Source: a virus | Virus record (IMG/VR): IMGVR_UViG_3300011442_000007 | DNA length: 40,563 nucleotides | Strand: one strand, 5' to 3' | Shown here: positions 16,351 to 23,291 of the stretch, piece by piece | How the letters are laid out: each line of letters opens with the position of its first letter | Numbering within the stretch: position 1 is the first letter of the stretch | Translations under genes and position numbers: made by a program | Notes under the pieces: model-generated | Seen by the model: only the letters and a program-made list of their open reading frames with translations | Told to the model about the DNA's origin: nothing | Databases searched by the model: none

Positions 16351-17225
16351 TTCGACGCCGCACGTTCCGCGTCCCGCTTCGCGTGCTCGGCAATTTCGCT
16401 GACGTATTTGCGATCAGTCAGCCACGACAGCACCTCGTCGGTGCCGCGATAGAACATCTTGGCGGCGATGGGAGCGGTCACAACCCCGGCAAGGACCGGC
16501 TCCATATTACGCACCTTCGGATCGGTGGAACAAACTTGCAACCAGCCAGCGAGGCAGTGCGTCGTTTCGCACAGCATTTCCTCGGCGCAGGTGCGGTTCC
16601 TCCATTGCTCATCGACGTGCCAGTGGTCCATTTCGAGCCTGGCCTTGTTGTCGAGAATGATTTCGCGCACGCGGTCGAGGTTCGCGATTGACTGCTCTGT
16701 GGTAGCTGTGCCGGCATCGCTCAGGTTGGCATCGCTCAGGTTGGCATAGCTCAGGTTGGCATCGCTCAGGTTTGCATAGCGCAGGTTGGCATCGCTCAGG
16801 TTGGCATAGCTCAGGTTGGCATAGCGCAGGTTGGCATCGCGCAGGTTGGCACCGCGCAGGTTGGCATCGCTCAGGTTGGCACCGCGCAGGTTTGCATCGC
16901 TCAGGTTGGCACCGCGCAGGTTTGCATAGTGCAGGTCGGCATCGCGCAGGTTTGCATCGCTCAGGTTGGCACCGCGCAGGTTTGCATAGTGCAGGTCGGC
17001 ATCGCGCAGGTTTGCATCGCTCAGGTTGGCATCGCGCAGGTTGGCATCGCGCAGGTTGGCACCGCGCAGGTTGGCATCGCTCAGGTTGGCATAGCTCAGG
17101 TTGGCACGTTTCGCTGTCGCTTGCTGCAGCGCATAACGAGTCCGTAGACCGCTCGCAACATCATTCGGCACGGCGCACTCAAACAGCACGGCGCCAGTGA
17201 ATCGGTGTTTGATCTGGTGAAGCAT
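16347..17225 (-). CDS. Pentapeptide-repeat protein (26 consecutive A[N/D]L[S/R/H]x units) with a Cys/Trp-containing C-terminal domain
   Basis: Translation ANLSYANLSDANLRGANLRDANLRD... GGAGA RBS 5 nt upstream of the ATG. The N-terminal IKHRFTGAVLFE cap is typical of this class. Confidence 0.85.
   Translation of the reverse strand: MLHQIKHRFTGAVLFECAVPNDVASGLRTRYALQQATAKRANLSYANLSDANLRGANLRDANLRDANLSDANLRDADLHYANLRGANLSDANLRDADLHYANLRGANLSDANLRGANLSDANLRGANLRDANLRYANLSYANLSDANLRYANLSDANLSYANLSDANLSDAGTATTEQSIANLDRVREIILDNKARLEMDHWHVDEQWRNRTCAEEMLCETTHCLAGWLQVCSTDPKVRNMEPVLAGVVTAPIAAKMFYRGTDEVLSWLTDRKYVSEIAEHAKRDAERAASK
16716..17105. repeat. 15-bp-period tandem array (26 units) encoding the pentapeptide repeats; contains a 60-bp unit duplicated at 59/60 identity (16921..16980 and 16981..17040)
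   Basis: Read directly: reiteration of ggcatcgctcaggtt and its variants. The sequence lines at 16921 and 16981 differ at one base. Confidence 0.9.
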
Positions 17226-17337
17226 TCGTTCTCCCTGTAGTTGCCGGTTACCTAATCCGGCTCTGACCTATCGCGTCAGAGGCTTACAGCGCCGAACTTC
17301 GCTATCGGTGCGCCCGTGCATCCTGCGGGGGAAGGGT

Positions 17338-17496
17338 TCAGGCGTAAGGATTGAATACCTCGCCAGCACCGTTGTCGCCCTTCGGGAACGGCCAGGCGGC
17401 AGCAGGGCTGAGCTTGGTGCCGTCACCGTTGGCCTTGGCCGCCGGCTTGCCCTCGCTGATCAGGTCGCGCTTCTCGACCTCGGGCGGCCGAAACAT
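17338..17496 (-). CDS. Unlisted small ORF (52 aa: MFRPPEVEKRDLISEGKPAAKANGDGTKLSPAAAWPFPKGDNGAGEVFNPYA)
   Basis: Hand translation. About 42 of 51 codons end in G or C, which is a strong coding signal. It overlaps the last 37 nt of the upstream repeat-protein ORF. No clear SD. Confidence 0.45.
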   Translation of the reverse strand: MFRPPEVEKRDLISEGKPAAKANGDGTKLSPAAAWPFPKGDNGAGEVFNPYA

Positions 17497-18497
17497 GACA
17501 GTCGATCTCGCGGCTCTTGAGCTTGGCCATCTTGCCGAAGGCCGATTCGCTCCGCGGCTTCGTCGAGCCGCTCGTTGATCATGCGCAGGTACAGCTCGTG
17601 CAGTTCTGCCTGCACCGCGTCGCGGTGCTGTATGAACACCGCGTCGGCCTTGGCGCGCGCTTCTTCGTAGGTGGCGCAGCCTTTCGCTGCCTCGTAAGCG
17701 GCGGCCGCGCCAGCGGCCGCCGAGGCGTCCCAGGCGTCCCAGGCGTCCCAGGCGGCCCAGGCGGCCCTGGCGTCCCTGGCGGCCCTGGCGTCCCTGGCGG
17801 CCCTGGCGTCCCTGGCGTCCCAGGCGTCCCAGGCGTCCCAGGCGGCCCTGGCGTCCCTGGGGTCCCAGGCGTCCCTGGCGTCCCTGGCGTCCCAGGCGGC
17901 CCAGGCGTCCCTGGCGGCCCTGGCGTCCCAGGCGTCCCAGGCGGCCCTGGCGTCCCAGGCGGCCCTGGCGTCCCTGGCGGCCCAGGCGTCCCTGGCGGCC
18001 CAGGCGGCGCTGGCGGCCCAGGCGGCGCTGGCGGCGCTGGCGGCGCCTAACGCCTTGTCAAGTGCGGCTGTGCGCTCGGCTTCGCCGAGCTCCGCCGTGA
18101 TCGGGGCCAGCGCACGCAGCTTCGCCGCGTGCTCGGCAAGCTCTGGCACGAGCTCGAGCCACATCGGGGCGTGGACGCGCCACAACCAGTCGAGCGCCAT
18201 GAATGCGCGCTTGAGCTGCAGTTCAGGCCCTTGGTAGGTGCCGACGAGCAGCGGTATGTAGCGCTTGAGCTGTTGCCGCTCATCGTCGGGCAGGCGGTCG
18301 TTCCAGCTGCGGCCGAAGGCGGCGAGCACGGGGTCGACGCATTGCGGCTCGTCGCTGAATTTCTCGCCGGCCAGCATGCTCACGACCTCGAGCAGGCAGT
18401 GGCCCTGCTTGGCGCTCTTGTGCTGGCCTTCGTCAAGGTGCAGCGCGGCGATCTGTTCCTCGGTGAGGCCAGCGGCGCGCGCTTCAGCTGTTGTCAT
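17460..18497 (-). CDS. First gene of the leftward operon: globular N-terminal domain plus a 36-unit [W/R/S]-[D/A]-A tripeptide-repeat region
   Basis: ORF track. GGAG lies 6 nt upstream of the ATG. Non-repetitive N-terminus (…GHCLLEVVSMLAGEKFSDEPQCVDPVLAAFGRSWNDRLP…). Repeat region AAWDARDARAAWDAWDAWDARDARAARDA. The 3' end is uncertain. Confidence 0.7.
   Translation of the reverse strand: MTTAEARAAGLTEEQIAALHLDEGQHKSAKQGHCLLEVVSMLAGEKFSDEPQCVDPVLAAFGRSWNDRLPDDERQQLKRYIPLLVGTYQGPELQLKRAFMALDWLWRVHAPMWLELVPELAEHAAKLRALAPITAELGEAERTAALDKALGAASAASAAWAASAAWAARDAWAARDARAAWDARAAWDAWDARAARDAWAAWDARDARDAWDPRDARAAWDAWDAWDARDARAARDARAARDARAAWAAWDAWDAWDASAAAGAAAAYEAAKGCATYEEARAKADAVFIQHRDAVQAELHELYLRMINERLDEAAERIGLRQDGQAQEPRDRLSCFGRPRSRSAT
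17724..18047. repeat. Tandem array of 36 x 9 bp, consensus GGCG[T/G]CCC[A/T]
   Basis: Counted unit by unit. Variation is almost confined to positions 5 and 9 of the unit. The last five units are GGCGGCG[C/T] variants. Confidence 0.95.
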
Positions 18498-18605
18498 GTT
18501 GTGCTCCGGGTTGCGTGTTGCGATGTAGAGACTGTGCGCCGATTGGCACGATGCGTCAAGCGCTTTCTACAAAGACCACATGCGTTAGTGTGCCATTAGT
18601 CACGC

Positions 18606-18633
18606 TTGACAAGCGAGCGCCATTCGGCATACT
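18606..18633 (+). promoter_or_regulatory. Sigma70-like promoter candidate: TTGACA, 16-nt spacer, CATACT, with the ATG of the HTH gene 7 nt after the -10 (leaderless or near-leaderless)
   Basis: Perfect -35 hexamer at 18606..18611. The -10 matches 4 of 6 at 18628..18633. No SD before the ATG at 18641. Confidence 0.45.
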
Positions 18634-18640
18634 TAGCGGA

Positions 18641-18820
18641 ATGATGACCTACAAGCAACTTCAGAAAGCGGTGCGCGACTTGCCGAATATCAGCGAGTTC
18701 TGCGCCAAGCACAAGCTACCGCTGCGCACTGTAATGCGTGTCAAGGCTGGAGGGTTCCCGAGGGCGGGAACGATGCTGCAGCTAGAGGCCGCTCTGAGTT
18801 CTGAAGCAGCCAAGCAATGA
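18641..18820 (+). CDS. Small HTH protein (59 aa), Cro-like early regulator candidate
   Basis: MMTYKQLQKAVRDLPNISEFCAKHKLPLRTVMRVKAGG has a helix-turn-helix pattern. It is the first gene of the rightward operon, divergent from the leftward operon. Confidence 0.55.
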   Translation: MMTYKQLQKAVRDLPNISEFCAKHKLPLRTVMRVKAGGFPRAGTMLQLEAALSSEAAKQ

Positions 18821-19296
18821 ACGCCCTGCACACTCTCATCCTAAAGCTCGCCGGCAAGCCCAGCGGAACGAACTGCCGCGAACTCATGAAACACACCGAG
18901 ATGAGCACTCAATGCGCCTCGGATGCGTTGACTTGGCGAGTGGAGCGATACGGATTGATCCTCGTCAAAGGCAAAGCTACAGAAGCGGGCCATGTCAGTC
19001 ATCAATACTTCACGCGCGCAGATCAAGCAAAGACGTGGGAAGCGATGCCACCGAGCATCAGGCCAAACGTGGCGATCAGGCAGGCGAACCCGAAACGATC
19101 AAAGCCTCTGAAGCCGATTCAATCAGCGACATGGGCTAGGGCCCCGATGGGGAATCCTCACGAGAAGCGGCCTGTAGCGGTTCCTGTGCATGGAATAGCT
19201 TTAGGGTACGACGAACGCTACCAATTGGGGCCGGATGAGGCCAAGGCGTTTCGGGGTGTGTTTGGTTCGTTGCCAATTGGGAAGTATCCAGAATGA
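18817..19296 (+). CDS. Hypothetical protein with an N-terminal winged-helix-like region (159 aa)
   Basis: ORF track. ATGA coupling. Confidence 0.55.
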   Translation: MNALHTLILKLAGKPSGTNCRELMKHTEMSTQCASDALTWRVERYGLILVKGKATEAGHVSHQYFTRADQAKTWEAMPPSIRPNVAIRQANPKRSKPLKPIQSATWARAPMGNPHEKRPVAVPVHGIALGYDERYQLGPDEAKAFRGVFGSLPIGKYPE

Positions 19297-20672
19297 CATA
19301 CGATTCATTCGTCGCCCGCAAGTTGTCGATTGTCTCGCCGAGCGGCCTGCAGGGATTGGTGCAGATGCCGGATTCCATGTTCCCGCATCAGGCCGCGCTC
19401 ACTCGCTGGGCACTCAAGCGTGGGCGTGCCGCGATCTTCGCTGATACCGGGCTCGGTAAGACCCGCATCGAACTTGTCTGGGGTCGCGCAGTAGCGAAGC
19501 ACACGCAGAGGCCGGTGCTGATCCTGGCGCCGCTCGCGGTGGCGGCGCAGACTGCTCTAGAGGGCGAGCGCATCGGTATCCCGGTGACGGTGTGTCGTGA
19601 CGGTGCAGACGTTCGGCCAGGCGTCAACATCACGAACTACGATCGCCTGCATCGATTCGACTGCTCGGTGTTCGGCGGCATCGCTCCCGATGAATCGTCG
19701 ATCATCAAGCACCACGATGCCAAGACGTTCGCCACCCTGACGCGGGAATTCAGGGATACCCCGTTCAAACTCCCATGCACCGCCACGCCGGCACCGAACG
19801 ACTGGACCGAGCTAGGCACGCACGCCGAGTTTCTTGGCATCTGCACGCGCCAGGAAATGCTCGCCGAGTACTTCACCCACGACGGGGGTGACACGAGCGT
19901 CTGGCGGCTTAAGGGCCATGCGCGTGACGTGTTCTGGCGCTGGGTCTGTTCGTGGGGTGCCCTGATTCGTCGGCCGTCTGACCTAGGATTCGATGACACG
20001 GCATACGCGCTGCCGCCACTGCTGCTGCACGAGCACCTGGTCGAATCAGAGACAAGCACGAACGGCATGCTCTTTGCGATGGAGGCGCAGACCTTGAGTG
20101 AGCGCCGTGATGCGCGCCACTCATCGCTCGAGGAACGGGTGGCCGAATGCTCGCGTATCGTCAATGCCGAAGCCGAGCCATGGGTTGTCTGGTGCGACCT
20201 CAACGCAGAAGGCGATGCGCTGACCAAAGCCATCAAAGGTGCGGTGCAGATTGCCGGCGCCGACGACACTGACACCAAAGAGGAACGCCTGCAGGCATTC
20301 GCAGCCGGCAAGTTCCGGGTGTTGGTCAGTAAGCCGTCGATCTGCGGGTGGGGTCTGAACTGGCAGCACTCTGCGCGCATGGCGTTCGTTGGTGTCACGG
20401 ACTCATACGAAGCCTACTACCAAGCGGTGCGCAGGTGCTGGCGCTTCGGTCAAAAGCGGCCTGTGCATGTGCATATCTTCGCCAGCAAGACCGAGGGGGC
20501 AGTGGTTGCGAACCTCAAGCGTAAAGAGCGCGACGCGCAGCAGATGGCCGAGAGTCTGAGCGCTGAAACGCACGATGCTGTGATGGCAGAAGTCACCGGA
20601 CTGACTCGGCAAACCAATCCGTACAACCCGGCGCAACCCATTGCCGTTCCGTCATTCCTGAGGGTCGCATGA
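19293..20672 (+). CDS. SNF2/DEAD-like superfamily 2 helicase
   Basis: Motif I ADTGLGKT, motif II PDESS, motif VI-like QAVRRCWRFGQ. ATGA coupling. Confidence 0.8.
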   Translation: MTYDSFVARKLSIVSPSGLQGLVQMPDSMFPHQAALTRWALKRGRAAIFADTGLGKTRIELVWGRAVAKHTQRPVLILAPLAVAAQTALEGERIGIPVTVCRDGADVRPGVNITNYDRLHRFDCSVFGGIAPDESSIIKHHDAKTFATLTREFRDTPFKLPCTATPAPNDWTELGTHAEFLGICTRQEMLAEYFTHDGGDTSVWRLKGHARDVFWRWVCSWGALIRRPSDLGFDDTAYALPPLLLHEHLVESETSTNGMLFAMEAQTLSERRDARHSSLEERVAECSRIVNAEAEPWVVWCDLNAEGDALTKAIKGAVQIAGADDTDTKEERLQAFAAGKFRVLVSKPSICGWGLNWQHSARMAFVGVTDSYEAYYQAVRRCWRFGQKRPVHVHIFASKTEGAVVANLKRKERDAQQMAESLSAETHDAVMAEVTGLTRQTNPYNPAQPIAVPSFLRVA

Positions 20673-21562
20673 ACTGCCTCGATCAAGTCGTCACCGACAG
20701 ATATGCCGCATACCACGGCGATTGCGTGGAAGTGCTCAAGGGCCTGCCTGCCGAGTCGATCGGCTACAGCATTTTCTCCCCGCCATTCGCCAGCCTCTAT
20801 ACCTACTCGAACTCGCCCCGAGACATGGGCAACGTCAGGAACGATGCCGAGTTCTTCGAACACTTCGACTACCTCATCGCTGAACTGCGCCGGGTGATGA
20901 AGCCGGGCCGGAACGTGTCGTTCCACTGCATGGACATCCCGAGCAGCAAGGAGCGTGACGGCGTGATCGGGTTAAAGGACTTCCCGGGGGATCTGCTGCG
21001 GGCATTCCAACGGCACGGTTTCATCTTCCACGCGAAGGCCACGATTTGGAAAGACCCAGTGACTGCGATGCAGCGCACCAAAGCTCTAGGATTGCTGCAC
21101 AAGAGCGTGCGGGAGAACTCCGCCATGTGCAGGATGAGCATCCCGGACTACCTCATCACGATGAGGGCGCCGGGTGAATCGGAGCGGGTCACGCACGGCG
21201 CCGAGTACCCGGTGGACCTGTGGCAGAAGGTCGCAAGCCCGATCTGGATGGACGTGAACCCGAGCGACACGCTGCAATACCGCTCCGCAAGGGAACACGA
21301 CGACGAACGACACATCGCACCGCTGCAGCTTGAAGTGATCCGCCGTGGGATCATGCTCTGGACGAACCCTGACGATATCGTGCTCAGCCCGTTCATGGGC
21401 ATCGGCTCTGAGGGCTACGTCGCAATCGAGATGGATCGCAAGTTCGTCGGCGTGGAACTCAAGGCTAGCTATTTTCAGCAGTCAGTTGCGAATTTGGCTG
21501 GTGCTGTGCAGCAATCAAAAGGGCTTTTCTTCGATCATGCCTCGGCTGTAGTGGGCAGCTGA
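20669..21562 (+). CDS. DNA methyltransferase (N6-adenine/N4-cytosine, beta-class motif order)
   Basis: The catalytic SPPF motif lies near the N-terminus and the SAM-binding SPFMGIGSEG near the C-terminus (pfam N6_N4_Mtase type). ATGA coupled to the helicase. Confidence 0.8.
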   Translation: MNCLDQVVTDRYAAYHGDCVEVLKGLPAESIGYSIFSPPFASLYTYSNSPRDMGNVRNDAEFFEHFDYLIAELRRVMKPGRNVSFHCMDIPSSKERDGVIGLKDFPGDLLRAFQRHGFIFHAKATIWKDPVTAMQRTKALGLLHKSVRENSAMCRMSIPDYLITMRAPGESERVTHGAEYPVDLWQKVASPIWMDVNPSDTLQYRSAREHDDERHIAPLQLEVIRRGIMLWTNPDDIVLSPFMGIGSEGYVAIEMDRKFVGVELKASYFQQSVANLAGAVQQSKGLFFDHASAVVGS

Positions 21563-21706
21563 CTGTGGAGACTTTCATCAACCCCAAGCCGAGGCATGAA
21601 CCAATGAAACACACCCAAGGGCGCACCCTGTTCGTGGCCGCACCCAAGAAAGCTAATGCGCTAGCCTAGTAAGCATTATAATAACAACGAACTGCTTACG
21701 GGGTCT

Positions 21707-22471
21707 TTGGTGTACGCCAAACTATTCACGAGCATCTACCAAGGCACGCTGCGCGGTAACTCGCATGGCTTGCTGGTCTTCACGAACCTGCTGGCGCACG
21801 CTGATTCTGCTGGCGTGGTTGATATCCACCCAAAGGCCATAGCCGACGAGGTTGGCTTACCTGAGGATGCAGTTAGGACCGCTTTGACGATGCTCGAGTC
21901 GCCAGACGCAGAGTCGCGCACACCAGAACTTGACGGGCGCAGGATTGTGCGGACAGACGAGCATCGAGCTTGGGGCTGGCGTATCGTGAATCACGCCAAG
22001 TACAGAGCAATCCGCAACGAGGAAGACCGCAGGGAACAGAACCGGCTATCGCAGCAGCGTTGGCGTGAGAAGAATAAGCAAAGTAAGCCGCCGTCAGCCG
22101 CCGTCAGCCGCGAGTGTGCAGAATCAGCCCATACAGAAGCAGAAGCAGAAGCAGAAGCAGAAGCAGAAGCAAGAAAGAAAGAAAGCGGATCGGCGCAAGC
22201 GCCGCGTCCGCCCGCCGCCTTCACTGGTGACAACATCGAAGACATAAAGCCAAGAGCCATAGTCCTCCTTGCCGATACTTGGGAGCTGCCGGAGCGGTGG
22301 GGATTCGATGCTGAAGCATTGGGGTGGAAGCCGGCCGACGTCCTTCAGCAGGCCGAGAAATTCCGTCAGTATTGGACTCGTGGCAAGGGAGCCGGAACCA
22401 GGCGCAGCGTTAAGGGATGGTCGCAATCTTGGTCGAATTGGCTGTCAAAGGCAGCGGAGATGAAGAGATGA
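21707..22471 (+). CDS. Putative replication initiation/organiser protein (winged-helix N-terminus, EA-repeat linker, Trp-rich C-terminus)
   Basis: AKLFTSIYQGTLRG...LLVFTNLLAHADSAGVVDIHPKAIADEVGLPEDAVRTAL resembles phage replisome-organiser N-domains. TTG/GTG start at 21707/21710. Confidence 0.5.
   Translation: MVYAKLFTSIYQGTLRGNSHGLLVFTNLLAHADSAGVVDIHPKAIADEVGLPEDAVRTALTMLESPDAESRTPELDGRRIVRTDEHRAWGWRIVNHAKYRAIRNEEDRREQNRLSQQRWREKNKQSKPPSAAVSRECAESAHTEAEAEAEAEAEARKKESGSAQAPRPPAAFTGDNIEDIKPRAIVLLADTWELPERWGFDAEALGWKPADVLQQAEKFRQYWTRGKGAGTRRSVKGWSQSWSNWLSKAAEMKR
22134..22185. repeat. (CAGAAG)x6 microsatellite followed by (AAAG)n, a C-plus-purine tract inside the replication gene
   Basis: Read directly. 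Encodes EAEAEAEAEAEARKKE. Preceded by a 10-bp direct repeat, agccgccgtc x2.6, at 22086..22112. Confidence 0.9.
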
Positions 22472-22815
22472 GTCAATACAAGAAAGTGCGCAAGGAACTG
22501 TCCGAAAGGATGGGCGAGCAGGACCATGCGCGTGATGACCTTGGCAGACGACTTTACTGCTCTGCGAACGGCTGTCCGATGAAGGCATCTGTGTTCATGG
22601 AAGGATCGAACGAGTTGTGCAGCTGGCATGCTGCGGCGCCATTTGTCCGATGGCCAGTTGTGACGCAGGAATTGAATGAGTGCATAGCCTCCGGTGGGAA
22701 TCCAGTAAGGCCGGAAATACGACCGGCGCCGTGGGTGCTGGAGGCCAGAAAGCGCGTCAAGGCTGTGGGTACAGCGATGCCGCAATCGGTGGTTTCGACC
22801 AAGGAGCAGGCATGA
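22468..22815 (+). CDS. Hypothetical protein (115 aa) with a Cys/His cluster
   Basis: ATGA coupling. YCSANGCPMKASVFMEGSNELCSWH suggests a zinc-binding motif. Confidence 0.5.
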   Translation: MSQYKKVRKELSERMGEQDHARDDLGRRLYCSANGCPMKASVFMEGSNELCSWHAAAPFVRWPVVTQELNECIASGGNPVRPEIRPAPWVLEARKRVKAVGTAMPQSVVSTKEQA

Positions 22816-22928
22816 ACGACGACGAAATCGTAAGCCGCGAGGATCAAATCTGGATATGGACCGTCCTACTAGTGTTTACCCTGGCTGATGTGTTGTTCCT
22901 GGGGTGGCTTTCGGGGCGTTTGTTCTAA
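22812..22928 (+). CDS. Small single-pass membrane protein (38 aa)
   Basis: ATGA coupling. TM segment IWIWTVLLVFTLADVLFLGWL. Confidence 0.4.
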   Translation: MNDDEIVSREDQIWIWTVLLVFTLADVLFLGWLSGRLF

Positions 22929-22951
22929 CGCTGCATTGCAGCAAAGGAGCG

Positions 22952-23281
22952 ATGATGTATGAACAGGGGATGAAGGCTGTCGGATTGAGCGGAAGCATCG
23001 CAGGCTACGCGAATGCCATACCGCAAACGAGCAGCGAATCCGAAGTGGCACGTGAAATGCGCCGGCTTGGGTCCACGCTATCAGAGTTGTCCGGCACATT
23101 CGATGTGCTCGCCGAGCGCCTGCAAGCGGTCACATCGCCGCGCCCGGCAGAGCGTGAAGGTGCAACGACACCGCGGCCAGTTTGTAGCAGCAAGATGGGT
23201 AGTGAAATCTCAGGCATGGCCGACCACGCACAGAACGTATTACAGCGGGTCGCAGTGTTGGTGAGTTCGCTGGCGATCTAG
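22952..23281 (+). CDS. Hypothetical protein (109 aa)
   Basis: AGGAG immediately upstream of the ATGATG at 22952. Within ORF 22904..23281. Confidence 0.5.
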   Translation: MMYEQGMKAVGLSGSIAGYANAIPQTSSESEVAREMRRLGSTLSELSGTFDVLAERLQAVTSPRPAEREGATTPRPVCSSKMGSEISGMADHAQNVLQRVAVLVSSLAI

Positions 23282-23291
23282 GGGAACCAAA

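Noticed and set aside
16772-17200. + strand ORFs (GWHRAGWH... and VGIAQV...) across the pentapeptide array
   Set aside because: They are periodicity artefacts of the 15-bp repeat. The minus frame gives canonical A(N/D)LxX repeats.
17262-17282. Hairpin CTCTGAC-N7-GTCAGAG between the small ORF and the pentapeptide gene as a terminator
   Set aside because: It has only a 7-bp stem and no U-tract on the transcribed (minus) strand.
16716-18047. Possible CRISPR arrays (regular short repeats)
   Set aside because: The units are contiguous (15 bp and 9 bp) with no spacers, and they lie within coding frames.
17517-18050. + strand ORF reading the 9-bp array as PGVPGGPG (collagen/elastin-like)
   Set aside because: It has no RBS or independent N-terminal domain. 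The minus frame joins a non-repetitive domain with an RBS at the operon start. I kept it only as a note in the repeat finding.
19637-20398. 253-aa minus-strand ORF inside the helicase gene
   Set aside because: It is antisense to a gene with clear SF2 helicase motifs and has no start context.
21563-21706. tRNA or other structured RNA gene in the largest right-operon gap
   Set aside because: I could not fold a cloverleaf with conserved T-loop or D-loop elements. Only the short inverted repeat reported above is present.
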